Shown: positions 1 to 9,385, numbered from the stretch's first letter. The stretch is 64,000 nt of DNA from Bacteroidota bacterium (GCA_040386935.1 JAZKEQ010000029.1:21431-85430); one strand, 5' to 3'. Numbers and translations: made by a program. The notes: generated by a model from the letters alone, not told the origin.

Positions 1-1217
1 CCAAGCGCGGAGTTGACAGAAATGCAGATATTCAGGAAGTGCTGTCGCTGGATGAGGCTAAGCGTTCAAAGCAAACCCTATTGGAGCAAAATCTTGCCAA
101 GGGCAATGTATTGGCTAAAGAGATTGGCGAGTTATTTAAAAGCGGACAGGCCGCAGTGGCCAATGAAAAGAAAGCCGAGTCTACCCGTTTGAAAGATGAA
201 GCCAAACAATTGGAAACTGATATGGAGGAAATTGATGCAAAACTCACTCAGAAATTGTATGAGATTCCAAATGCCCCATCTCAATTTGTAAAATTGGGTC
301 TTACACCCGAAGAGAATGAAACTGTTTTTGAATGGGGTGTTGATCCGGTATTACATGCCGATGCCAAACCACATTGGGAGTTAACTTCTCAATATGATAT
401 CATCGATTTTGAATTGGGCAATAAAATTACCGGTGCAGGTTTCCCTGTATACAAAGGAAAAGGTGCCCGCTTACAACGCGCCCTCATCAATTTCTTTTTA
501 GATGAGGCATTGAAAGCCGGTTACTATGAAATACAACCACCTATTTTGGTGAATGAGGCCAGTGGATTTGGTACCGGTCAGTTACCTGATAAGGAAGGTC
601 AGATGTACCACGCCACCATCGATAATTTATATTGCATCCCAACAGCCGAAGTGCCTATTACCAATATTTACCGCGATGTAATTTTGCGTGAAGATGAATT
701 GCCAATCAAAAATGTTGGCTATACCCCGTGTTTCAGAAGAGAGGCAGGCAGTTATGGTGCGCATGTGCGTGGTTTGAATCGCTTGCATCAATTCGATAAA
801 GTAGAGATTGTACAAATCGTACATCCCGATAAAAGTTATGAAGTGCTGGAAGAAATGGTTGAGCATGTTAAAATGCTGATGACCAAATTAGGATTGAAAT
901 TCAGAATCTTGCGTTTATGTGGTGGTGATATGGGATTTGCCAGTGCGCAAACCTATGATTTTGAAGCCTGGAGTGGTGCGCAACAGCGTTGGTTGGAAGT
1001 TAGTTCAACTTCTAATTTTGAAACCTTTCAGGCCAATCGTTTGAAATGCCGTTATAAAAACAAAGAAGGTAAAAATGAATTGGTGCACACACTGAATGGC
1101 AGTGCTTTAGCCTTGCCGCGTATTGTGGCTTCATTGCTCGAAAATTATCAGACACCGGATGGTATTCTAATGCCGGAATGCTTACACCCTTATTTGGGAT
1201 TCGATAAAATTGTTTAA
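1..1217 (+). CDS. serS: Seryl-tRNA synthetase, 5'-partial (the reading frame is open to the window edge; the ORF track begins at a GTG at 39).
   Basis: N-terminal coiled-coil arm followed by class II aaRS core motifs (FRREAGSYG, GLNRLHQFDKVE). The C-terminal end (LENYQTPDGILMPECLHPYL) is typical of SerRS. Confidence 0.9.
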   Translation, partial: KRGVDRNADIQEVLSLDEAKRSKQTLLEQNLAKGNVLAKEIGELFKSGQAAVANEKKAESTRLKDEAKQLETDMEEIDAKLTQKLYEIPNAPSQFVKLGLTPEENETVFEWGVDPVLHADAKPHWELTSQYDIIDFELGNKITGAGFPVYKGKGARLQRALINFFLDEALKAGYYEIQPPILVNEASGFGTGQLPDKEGQMYHATIDNLYCIPTAEVPITNIYRDVILREDELPIKNVGYTPCFRREAGSYGAHVRGLNRLHQFDKVEIVQIVHPDKSYEVLEEMVEHVKMLMTKLGLKFRILRLCGGDMGFASAQTYDFEAWSGAQQRWLEVSSTSNFETFQANRLKCRYKNKEGKNELVHTLNGSALALPRIVASLLENYQTPDGILMPECLHPYLGFDKIV

Positions 1218-1716
1218 ATTTGTTTTTAAACACTTGAAATATTTTTCTCTGATACTTCTGCTCTTAACAGTTTGCTCAACATCAAATGCGCAAACACAAA
1301 CTTGTGTGGAGCCTGCCAGAATACAACCCACTTATCAGTGCAACGAAAGATTTTATGATCCGGTATGCGGTTGCAACAATGTGACCTATCGCAATCAGTG
1401 CACTGCTTATAATGTGTATGGGGTGAATTGGTGGCGAAGTGGCGTGTGTTCAGGTTTAGATGTCGACTTGTTCCCCAATCCGGTTGTTTACGGAACAGCG
1501 TTGAAAGTGAACTTGAGTTATCCGGAATTTATTATAGGCAATGCCGATGTTAAAATAGTAGATATGTATGGCAAGGTGTGGGAGCAAAGACTCATCAATA
1601 GTTTTAATAGAATCAATCTTGAATTTGATGTCACAGTAATGCGCACCGGTGTTTATCTGTTAGTGGTGCAAAGCAGCCTGGGGACTTATGTAGCCAAGCG
1701 TTTTTCGAAATACTAA
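1210..1716 (+). CDS. Small secreted protein with a Kazal-type inhibitor-like Cys module and a T9SS type A C-terminal sorting domain. It starts at TTG 1210, with an alternative TTG at 1234.
   Basis: Signal peptide (LILLLLTVCSTSNAQ). Cys pattern CVEP..YQCNERFYDPVCGCNNVTYRNQCTAYNVYG..GVCSG resembles a Kazal fold. The C-terminal ~80 aa (LFPNPVVYGTALKVNL...VYLLVVQSS) resembles a Por secretion tail. Confidence 0.55.
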   Translation: MFKFVFKHLKYFSLILLLLTVCSTSNAQTQTCVEPARIQPTYQCNERFYDPVCGCNNVTYRNQCTAYNVYGVNWWRSGVCSGLDVDLFPNPVVYGTALKVNLSYPEFIIGNADVKIVDMYGKVWEQRLINSFNRINLEFDVTVMRTGVYLLVVQSSLGTYVAKRFSKY

Positions 1717-1741
1717 TATAAAGTCATCTCACATTGACTGT

Positions 1742-2353
1742 TTACTCTATTGTAATATCGTGACGGAACAATAGACCTGCAATGCCCGATTGTGAAAACT
1801 TGGCTTTTCTGATGTGGTTGCTGACAGGGTCGATGGTATAGTTATACGCATTTCTAAAATCAGCTTTTTCTAACACCGTATTATCAAAAGTGGCATCCAG
1901 TAAATTGCAATTGGTAAATGAGGATGAGGTAAAATCACCTTCACTGAAATCGGCTTCCTGTAAGTTGCAATCATCGAATTTAGTACCCTTTAATTTCAGT
2001 CTGAAAAATGAAGCCAGATTCAAATCGCATTTTGTAAAATTCATTTCGAGTAGAAAGGGATTGCAATCGCCAAAGTGAAGACCCAGTAGTTTACACTGAA
2101 TAAAATCAACGGTTTGAAATGACGTGTTTTTTAATTTGGTCATACTCAGGTTGCAATTATCAAATGTGCATTCTATGAATTTAATGTCCGATAAAAGGAT
2201 GTCTGAAAATGTGCAGTTTGTAAAACGACAATTCTCATATTCGCCCGCTAATGGTTGTTCAATAGTAAAGGTAATGCCTTTAAATGTTTCGTCAGTTGTA
2301 AGGTCAGCGTGCATGAGGGTTTCAAAAGTAAAACAATACGGCAAGAATTTCAA
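1742..2353 (-). CDS. Pentapeptide-repeat protein of 203 aa, Qnr/MfpA-like in size.
   Basis: Tandem A(D/N)LXX pentapeptides run throughout (CTFDNCNLSMTKLKNTSFQTVDFIQCKLLGLHFGDCN...FTNCNLLDATFDNTVLEKADFRNA). Confidence 0.7.
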   Translation of the reverse strand: MKFLPYCFTFETLMHADLTTDETFKGITFTIEQPLAGEYENCRFTNCTFSDILLSDIKFIECTFDNCNLSMTKLKNTSFQTVDFIQCKLLGLHFGDCNPFLLEMNFTKCDLNLASFFRLKLKGTKFDDCNLQEADFSEGDFTSSSFTNCNLLDATFDNTVLEKADFRNAYNYTIDPVSNHIRKAKFSQSGIAGLLFRHDITIE

Positions 2354-2359
2354 CTGTTG

Positions 2360-2755
2360 CTAATTCAAATAGCTCTTCATTGGGTCCCAATAAAACTCAT
2401 TCCAACCCGCTTTCAATGCTTCTGCTTTGTGTTCAGGAATATCTGTTTGTGTAAAATGCAACTTAGTGGTAGTGCCATCAGCAATAAATTCAAATGTGCA
2501 AATGCTGTAATGGTCATCAGGCCAACCTTCTTCTGCAAAATGCCAGGCCTGTACGATTTTTTTGCCTTCTATTAGTTCGATGTTATAGCCATGACAGTAG
2601 CCGTCAAATACTTTGAAGGTGCCATTTATTTCTTGACTCATCTCAACTTCAGAACCGGAAAATTCGCCATGTTTTTCAGCATTCATAATCAGGTCGTAAA
2701 CCTCAGCAGGTGTTGTGTTAAAGAATACGGTTTGTTCGATGGTTGACACTTTCAT
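2360..2755 (-). CDS. SRPBCC / AHSA1-like (Activator of Hsp90 ATPase homolog) domain protein.
   Basis: It is 131 aa. The fold pattern is typical of the AHSA1 family, with an N-terminal TVFFNTTPAEVYDLI and a WxEF-type C-terminus (GWNEFYWDPMKSYL). Confidence 0.65.
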   Translation of the reverse strand: MKVSTIEQTVFFNTTPAEVYDLIMNAEKHGEFSGSEVEMSQEINGTFKVFDGYCHGYNIELIEGKKIVQAWHFAEEGWPDDHYSICTFEFIADGTTTKLHFTQTDIPEHKAEALKAGWNEFYWDPMKSYLN

Positions 2756-2767
2756 AATGTTGAGTGT

Positions 2768-3691
2768 TTATTTTAAATAATAACGTTCTATCAATTCCTT
2801 TTCTGCTGTAAAATGTTCAATACTAATCAGGCAGTGTTTGGTATCGTGTTGAAATACATAAACTGAATGATCCTTGCTATCGGTAATGGATGCAAAAGTG
2901 GTATTGTATTCATTGGCTGTATCGGTGTAGGTAATGTCGTTGTAATAAACTGTAGTACCTTTTCTGTAATAATAATAGCGTGTCAAACGATTGTGAGAAT
3001 TGTACTCATAATTTTTTTGAAGCTCAGGCGGTATTTCACCAGCGAAAGTATAGGTATTGTTTTTGAGTGGAATGCCTGGGTATAAAAGTTTTGGCGCAGG
3101 TAGTTCATGTAAATCAGGGCAGGTAGGTGAGTTGCTCCAGAAATAAGTAGTATCTGTTCTTTTAGTTGTTGCACTGTAGTGGAATAAAGGTATCCAATGG
3201 CGCTTCATACTCCACATCATCTCGTTGTGATTGAAGTCGCTCACAAAATGATAGCTGTAGTTTGTTCTGGTATCCCATAACAAGGATTTATTGCGCAAAC
3301 TGTTGAGATGGTCCCTGATAACAGCAAATTCATAAAATCTGGTTTGAGCTGAATCAGCTGCTTTTAATCCATCTATTAATTCAATACTGTCGCCTATTGT
3401 TTGATAATGCCCTGCGATAATTCTGAAAGTTTTTTTAAAGCGTTTATACCCTTTTCCGGGTGTGTAAATTTCTATTTTTTCTTTCTTTGTAAGCGTAAAG
3501 GTTTTGTCTTTATTCAAAGTCAATTCCATCAGCGTATCCAGTCGTCTGTAAGCGCTGTCTGTGTTGTCGTAATACCCTTCAGGGTAATGCGTCCATGCGG
3601 CATAGTATTTTGCATCAATGCCTTGGGCATTATTCTTAAAAGCGATTAAGCCAAGGAATGCGATACAAAAAAATAACTTTTTAAGGTACAT
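2768..3691 (-). CDS. Hypothetical secreted protein or lipoprotein (~307 aa) with no recognisable domain. The start was moved to the Met in front of the signal peptide (MYLKKLFFCIAFLGLIAF).
   Basis: Long ORF with a signal peptide. It is Tyr/Thr-rich. It is packed into a co-directional gene set with gaps of 6 to 70 bp. Confidence 0.5.
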   Translation of the reverse strand: MYLKKLFFCIAFLGLIAFKNNAQGIDAKYYAAWTHYPEGYYDNTDSAYRRLDTLMELTLNKDKTFTLTKKEKIEIYTPGKGYKRFKKTFRIIAGHYQTIGDSIELIDGLKAADSAQTRFYEFAVIRDHLNSLRNKSLLWDTRTNYSYHFVSDFNHNEMMWSMKRHWIPLFHYSATTKRTDTTYFWSNSPTCPDLHELPAPKLLYPGIPLKNNTYTFAGEIPPELQKNYEYNSHNRLTRYYYYRKGTTVYYNDITYTDTANEYNTTFASITDSKDHSVYVFQHDTKHCLISIEHFTAEKELIERYYLK

Positions 3692-3761
3692 TGTTTTTTC
3701 AAATGTATAGGCAGGGGAGGATAAAACCAAATGGTGCCCTGTAAAAGGGAATTTTAGACAA

Positions 3762-4073
3762 TCAATTGCGTCTTAAACGGATCTCCACGTAGGCAAACAA
3801 GCTGATTAACCCGATACCCAAAATAGACATGTACAATGGAATGAATTTGGGAATCACAATCAATAAGTTGAGCATAGAAACAGTGAGTAAAATAAGCGAA
3901 AGAATCAATAATAAACGGGCTGCCAGTGTATTGGCCAGGTTCCATTTTTCAGGGCTCTTCTGAGATTCATAAGTTCTGTAGCCGTAAAAGGCATTTCTTT
4001 TTTGTGGTTTAAATTTCAGATACAAGGCACTGACAACAGACAGGATAATTGAGGCGATTAAATACTGGTTCAT
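3762..4073 (-). CDS. Small membrane protein, SdpI/YhfL-like.
   Basis: It is 103 aa with TM helices flanking a basic loop (KFKPQKRNAFYGYRTYESQKSPEKW). This matches the SdpI/YhfL pattern. Confidence 0.45.
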   Translation of the reverse strand: MNQYLIASIILSVVSALYLKFKPQKRNAFYGYRTYESQKSPEKWNLANTLAARLLLILSLILLTVSMLNLLIVIPKFIPLYMSILGIGLISLFAYVEIRLRRN

Positions 4074-4197
4074 GTTACTTGAATTGTTCTATCAAAGGTA
4101 AATGTTTTTGATAAAAAACAGCAAATTTTTACAACTTTGAGTCCCCGAACTTATTGCCTATCTTCGCACCACTTTTATTTAAAAAGTAAAGCGGCAG

Positions 4198-7100
4198 TTG
4201 AAAGTAAGGGAACTAGTAGAGGCTTTTGGTCGACACAATCAAATACAGGAATTTCTCACTCACCATAGAAATTCACAGACCTTTATTGCCCGTTTTGATG
4301 GTTTGCTCGGTTCATCTTTCGCAGTTGCCATCGCATCCATTTACGCACAGGCTCAACGAAATATTTTAATTCTTGTACCCGAAACCGAAGAGGCAGAATT
4401 TTTGCGCAGCGATTTACAACACTTGATTTCGGATAATGAAGTATTGCTGTTGCCTGATAGTTTCAAGCGCGTATTCGAGTTCGAGGAGGTGAGCAATGAT
4501 CAGATTCAGAGTCGTGCGGAAGTGATATCGCGCCTGCAACACGCCAATCACCCTTACATTGTTATTGCCACACCTGAAAGTATTTCAGAAAAAGTAATCA
4601 GCAACGAAAGGCTTGAACAAAATTCATTCGACATCAACTCAGGTGCTGAACTGGATATCAATTTTCTCTCCGATTTTTTAGATGAAAATGAATTTGAACG
4701 CGAAGACTTTGTGTACGAACCCGGTCAGTACGCCATACGCGGAGGTATCATCGATATTTTTAGTTTTGCAAACGAACAACCTTATCGCATAGAATTGGAT
4801 GGCGATACGGTAGAAACCATTCGCACATTCGACATTGAAACACAATTGTCGATTGCTAAAATTGCTTTTCTTACCATTGTTCCTAATATTCAGAGTGCTG
4901 GCATAGCCGGAGAAAAAATATCCTTCTTTCGCTACATTCCGCAAGACAGCATCATTGTTCTGAAACATTTCAACGATCAGTTTCATTACCTGAATAAACA
5001 ATGGGAACACCTGCTGGCCAACGATCAACACCCCGAGCGCATGTTGCTCACCCCGGGTGAAATAAAAGCCAATATTGAGAAATATCACACTGTTATTGAA
5101 AGTGGAGCCATGACCGCTTTTAAAGCGAATCATACGTTTAAATTCAACATTGAACCACAACCCCTGTTTCAAAAAAATGTAGAGATGTTGCTCAATCATT
5201 TGCAGGCCAATGAACTGAACAATATCATGAATTTGGTGTTCAGCGACACGGGTAAGCAGATAGAGCGTTTAATCGCCATTATTCAAGACAGGCAAAAGCA
5301 AATTAACGTAGTGCCCATCTATCACGGATTAGCAGAGGGTTTCCTCGACCGAGATTTAAAAATGGCCTGCTATACCGAGCACCAATTATTTGAGCGTTAT
5401 TACCGCTACAAGGTGCACAAGAAAGGCTATAACAAAAGCACTGCCTTAACCTTAAAAGAGTTGAGTGAATTGCGTCCCGGTGATTACGTCACCCACATCG
5501 ACCATGGTGTCGGTAAGTTTATGGGGCTGCAGCGCATGAACATGAATGGCGTAGTGCAAGAGGCTGTAAAAATCAGTTACCGCGATGGCGACTTGTTGTT
5601 TGTGAATGTTAACTCATTGCACAAAATTTCGAAGTTTAGTGGTAAAGAAGGCAACGAACCTTCATTGCATAAATTGGGCAGTGGTGTATGGGAAAAACAA
5701 AAAGCCACTACCAAGAAAAAGGTAAAGGACATAGCCCGCGAACTGATTACGCTGTATGCTAAACGCAAAGCACAGCCCGGTTTTGCTTTTAGTCCTGATA
5801 CCTATTTGCAAATAGAACTCGAAGCATCTTTCTTATACGAAGACACACCCGACCAGGCTAAAACCACTGAAGAAATAAAGCGAGACATGGAGAGTGAAAA
5901 ACCCATGGACCGCCTGTTATGTGGCGATGTTGGATTCGGTAAAACAGAAGTGGCCATACGCACTGCTTTCAAAGCTGTAAACGACAGTAAACAAGTGGCT
6001 GTATTAGTACCCACCACCATCTTAGCGCATCAGCATTACAGAACGTTTAAAGAGCGTCTCAGCGCCTTTCCTGTTACTGTAGATTATATCAATCGTTTTA
6101 AGTCGGCAGCCGATATTAAAAAGACCTTAAAAAATGTAGCCGATGGCAAAGTAGATATTTTGATTGGTACACACAGATTGGTAGGCAAAGATGTTAAGTT
6201 CAATAATCTCGGCCTACTCATCATCGATGAAGAACAAAAGTTTGGCGTATCGGTAAAAGATAAGTTGAAAGAGTTGCGCGTGAATCTGGATACACTCACA
6301 TTAACCGCCACACCTATTCCGCGTACCTTGCATTTCTCATTAATGGGTGCACGCGACTTATCAGTCATTAATACACCACCACCAAATCGTTTCCCGATTA
6401 AAACGGAGCTGCATACTTTCAATAAAGAGATCATTAAAAAAGCGATAGAGTATGAAGTAGAAAGAGGCGGACAAGTGTACTTTGTGCATCACCGTGTCAA
6501 AGATTTATACGAACACCAACGCATGATAGAACAGATGCTGCCCGGCATTCGCGTTACACTTGCACATGGGCAAATGGAAGGGCATGAGTTGGAAGATGTA
6601 ATGGTGCGCTTTGTAGAAGGCGATGCCGATGTATTGCTGGCTACTACCATTATCGAAGCAGGATTAGATATTCCCAATTGCAATACCATTATCATTAACA
6701 ATGCCCACATGTTTGGGCTCAGTGATTTGCACCAAATGCGGGGCAGGGTAGGGCGTAGCAATCGCAAAGCATTTTGTTATCTGCTATCACCACCGCTCAA
6801 TTCACTCACCAGCGATGCAAAGAAACGACTGAGCACCATAGAAGAATACAGCGATCTTGGTGGAGGATTTAATGTGGCCATGCGCGACCTCGATATACGC
6901 GGTGCAGGTAATTTGTTAGGAGGTGAGCAAAGCGGATTTATATCTGAAATTGGGTTTGACATGTACCACAAAATTTTGGACGAAGCCATACGTGAATTAA
7001 AGCACGATGAGTTCAATGATTTGTTTGCCGACCAGGAAGAGAACATCAGCAGCCGCGACTGCCAGGTAGATACCGACCTCGATATGCTGATACCCGAAAG

Positions 7101-7509
7101 CTATGTGCGCAATATGCCCGAGCGTTTGGCATTGTATAACGAATTGAGCAAAGTCGACAACGAAGAGCAACTGAATCAGTTTGTAGAAATGCTGCTCGAC
7201 CGTTTCGGTAAATTTCCTGCAGAAGTAAGCACACTATTGGCCTCCATGCGACTGAAATGGCTGGGTAAATCTTTAGGCTTCGAAAAAATAAGTTTAGAGA
7301 AAAATACATTGAAATTGTATTTCCCTAATAATGAGAAAGCAGCCATATTCGACAGTGCCAGTTTTATGAAAGTGTTGCAATATGTGGCAGTGAATGCACA
7401 AAAATTTGAGATGAAACAAACCGCCAAATCTTTAATTCTGATTGTAAAATCAGTTGGCAATATCAATCAGGCAACGCTGGTGTTGGAAGAGTTGAAAGGA
7501 GTCTATTAG
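4198..7509 (+). CDS. mfd: Transcription-repair coupling factor.
   Basis: It is 1103 aa. It has UvrB-homology N-terminal modules and a CarD/TRCF RNAP-interacting region. The superfamily 2 helicase core shows GDVGFGKTEVA and DEEQKFGV. The C-terminal TRCF domain is present. Confidence 0.92.
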   Translation: MKVRELVEAFGRHNQIQEFLTHHRNSQTFIARFDGLLGSSFAVAIASIYAQAQRNILILVPETEEAEFLRSDLQHLISDNEVLLLPDSFKRVFEFEEVSNDQIQSRAEVISRLQHANHPYIVIATPESISEKVISNERLEQNSFDINSGAELDINFLSDFLDENEFEREDFVYEPGQYAIRGGIIDIFSFANEQPYRIELDGDTVETIRTFDIETQLSIAKIAFLTIVPNIQSAGIAGEKISFFRYIPQDSIIVLKHFNDQFHYLNKQWEHLLANDQHPERMLLTPGEIKANIEKYHTVIESGAMTAFKANHTFKFNIEPQPLFQKNVEMLLNHLQANELNNIMNLVFSDTGKQIERLIAIIQDRQKQINVVPIYHGLAEGFLDRDLKMACYTEHQLFERYYRYKVHKKGYNKSTALTLKELSELRPGDYVTHIDHGVGKFMGLQRMNMNGVVQEAVKISYRDGDLLFVNVNSLHKISKFSGKEGNEPSLHKLGSGVWEKQKATTKKKVKDIARELITLYAKRKAQPGFAFSPDTYLQIELEASFLYEDTPDQAKTTEEIKRDMESEKPMDRLLCGDVGFGKTEVAIRTAFKAVNDSKQVAVLVPTTILAHQHYRTFKERLSAFPVTVDYINRFKSAADIKKTLKNVADGKVDILIGTHRLVGKDVKFNNLGLLIIDEEQKFGVSVKDKLKELRVNLDTLTLTATPIPRTLHFSLMGARDLSVINTPPPNRFPIKTELHTFNKEIIKKAIEYEVERGGQVYFVHHRVKDLYEHQRMIEQMLPGIRVTLAHGQMEGHELEDVMVRFVEGDADVLLATTIIEAGLDIPNCNTIIINNAHMFGLSDLHQMRGRVGRSNRKAFCYLLSPPLNSLTSDAKKRLSTIEEYSDLGGGFNVAMRDLDIRGAGNLLGGEQSGFISEIGFDMYHKILDEAIRELKHDEFNDLFADQEENISSRDCQVDTDLDMLIPESYVRNMPERLALYNELSKVDNEEQLNQFVEMLLDRFGKFPAEVSTLLASMRLKWLGKSLGFEKISLEKNTLKLYFPNNEKAAIFDSASFMKVLQYVAVNAQKFEMKQTAKSLILIVKSVGNINQATLVLEELKGVY

Positions 7510-7510
7510 G

Positions 7511-7621
7511 GATTTTTGATTTGACTTGATTTTTGATTTTAGATTTTTGTGGGAGATGACGCAGCCGATTACTTATAACTGTGGTTAAAATCTAAAATCC
7601 ATAAATCCTAAAATCTAAAAT
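7511..7621. repeat. Imperfect inverted repeat built from tandem GATTTTT/AAAATCT heptamer-like units. The arms span ~7511-7549 and ~7586-7621 and flank a unique 36 bp core.
   Basis: I read this directly in the sequence: gatttttgatttgacttgatttttgattttagatttttg ... ttaaaatctaaaatccataaatcctaaaatctaaaattg. Confidence 0.4.
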
Positions 7622-8034
7622 TGTCTTCAGCCCCGGAGGGGGCGACATGTCATAGAACAAAATAACACGTAACGCAACAGAGCCCCAGAGGGGTGATATA
7701 TTATTTTTCTCCATTTGCATTACTGAATTCTATCCCTGAACCAAATCTCACAAATAGTATCACGAAATGCAATTTATATAAAGGGGAAATTTAAAAGTTG
7801 CAGTTTTGTTTGAGTCTGACATATGAACAACTCTTACACCTGCAAATTTTTCCTATCCCTCTGATATTCAAATTATATCACAGTAATTGTTTTGATTACA
7901 TTGTGAAACATTCAAATTTTTATTTTTTTGTTATCTTTGTTTACTCATCACAACTATGAACATCGATAATATTATTACGGTATTGCCTTGTATTAATTGT
8001 GATAATTTTAAAAAGTATACTTTAAAAAATAACA

Positions 8035-9288
8035 ATGAATAAAAGATTATTAACCCTATTCACCTTCTGTTTTTTATTAATCACCTGCGTTTGTGCACAA
8101 GTGCCACAAGGTATGAAGTATCAAGCCGTAGCACGCAATAAATCAGGTGCTGTATTGCAACATCATAAAGTAGGATTGCGTTTTACCATTCGCGATGGGA
8201 GTATCAATGGATCTATCGTTTATAGCGAAGCACAAACCGACTCAACGAATGAATTTGGATTGTTTACCGTAGTTATAGGAAATGGTACGCCACAAGTTGG
8301 CAATTTCAATACAATCGCCTGGGGCAGCGGTTCAAAATTTTTGCAAATAGAATTAGATACCAACGGAGGAACGAATTACACCAATTTAGGGGGCTCACAA
8401 TTAATGAGTGTGCCCTATGCGCTATCTGCAGAAAAGGTAACCAACCCTCAGTATCAAACCCTTAAAATAAGCAATGATACCCTCTTTCTTACCAACGGTG
8501 GATTTGTAAAATTGCCCTCAGCAGCATTGTTGGGTGGAGTTTCCATGCCAAAGCTTACCACTGCTGCGGCTACACAGGTTACCAGCAATACGGCCATTGT
8601 TAAAGCCGCACTTTCAACACCAAGCAGTAACATCGTAGAATGGGGTATTTGTTACGATACCAAACCCAATCCTACCGTTAGCGACCTAAAGTTTGCGTGT
8701 ACTGCCGGTAATGCTTTTACTTTGCATTTAAGTGGCGACAGTGCTTACCTGAAGTCGGGGACGGTGTATTATGCCAGAGCTTATGCCATTACTGAAAATA
8801 ATATACATGCCTATGGCAACGAAATTAATTTTAAAACACTTACTGTTGGGCAAACAGGCACTGCAGGTGGCCGGGTTATTTTCGACAAAGGGTTTTACTC
8901 CAATGGCTGGCGTTATATTGAAAGTGATACCAATATGATTCCCGACCATTGGGGGTGCTGGAATACTTTGGTTGGCAAAACCAGTGATTCACTAGGAGCT
9001 GGCAAAGGCAATACCGATTCTATCTTAACAGTATGTCCCTATGCCAATGCCGCTTTGGGGTGTAGCAATTTTGTGTCGGGTTCAAAAAGCGATTGGTTTT
9101 TACCTTCCAAAGAAGAGGCCATGGCTTACATCAATTGGGGGGTATATTCACCCGGCAATATTTTGTGGACCTCATCAGAAATAAGCAGCACACAAGTTTG
9201 GGTTTATGATATTAGCACAGGTAAGTTAATACCCTACAACAAATCAAGCAGCGTGTTTTCATATTATACACCTATAAGGCGTTATTAG
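8035..9288 (+). CDS. Secreted protein with a C-terminal DUF1566 (Lcl C-terminal / Fibrobacter succinogenes major paralogous) domain.
   Basis: Signal peptide (LFTFCFLLITCVCAQ). The C-terminus (SDWFLPSKEEAMAYINWG...LWTSSEISSTQVWVYDISTGK) matches the DUF1566 signature. Confidence 0.55.
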   Translation: MNKRLLTLFTFCFLLITCVCAQVPQGMKYQAVARNKSGAVLQHHKVGLRFTIRDGSINGSIVYSEAQTDSTNEFGLFTVVIGNGTPQVGNFNTIAWGSGSKFLQIELDTNGGTNYTNLGGSQLMSVPYALSAEKVTNPQYQTLKISNDTLFLTNGGFVKLPSAALLGGVSMPKLTTAAATQVTSNTAIVKAALSTPSSNIVEWGICYDTKPNPTVSDLKFACTAGNAFTLHLSGDSAYLKSGTVYYARAYAITENNIHAYGNEINFKTLTVGQTGTAGGRVIFDKGFYSNGWRYIESDTNMIPDHWGCWNTLVGKTSDSLGAGKGNTDSILTVCPYANAALGCSNFVSGSKSDWFLPSKEEAMAYINWGVYSPGNILWTSSEISSTQVWVYDISTGKLIPYNKSSSVFSYYTPIRRY

Positions 9289-9385
9289 TGAATATTGAAT
9301 AATCTGATAGAATTGTTAGTGTTTGTTGTTGATCGATTCCGATAAATGATAGACGTGGATATCAATTTCTGACAAGAACTCTCAA

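Noticed and set aside
4678-7466. Multiple 60-170 aa ORFs on the minus strand inside mfd (4678-5199, 5577-5768, 5802-6020, 6084-6434, 6489-6767, 6777-7046, 7046-7309, 7176-7466).
   Set aside because: They are antisense shadow ORFs inside a well-supported 1103 aa helicase gene. Their composition is low-complexity Ser/Leu-rich with no motifs.
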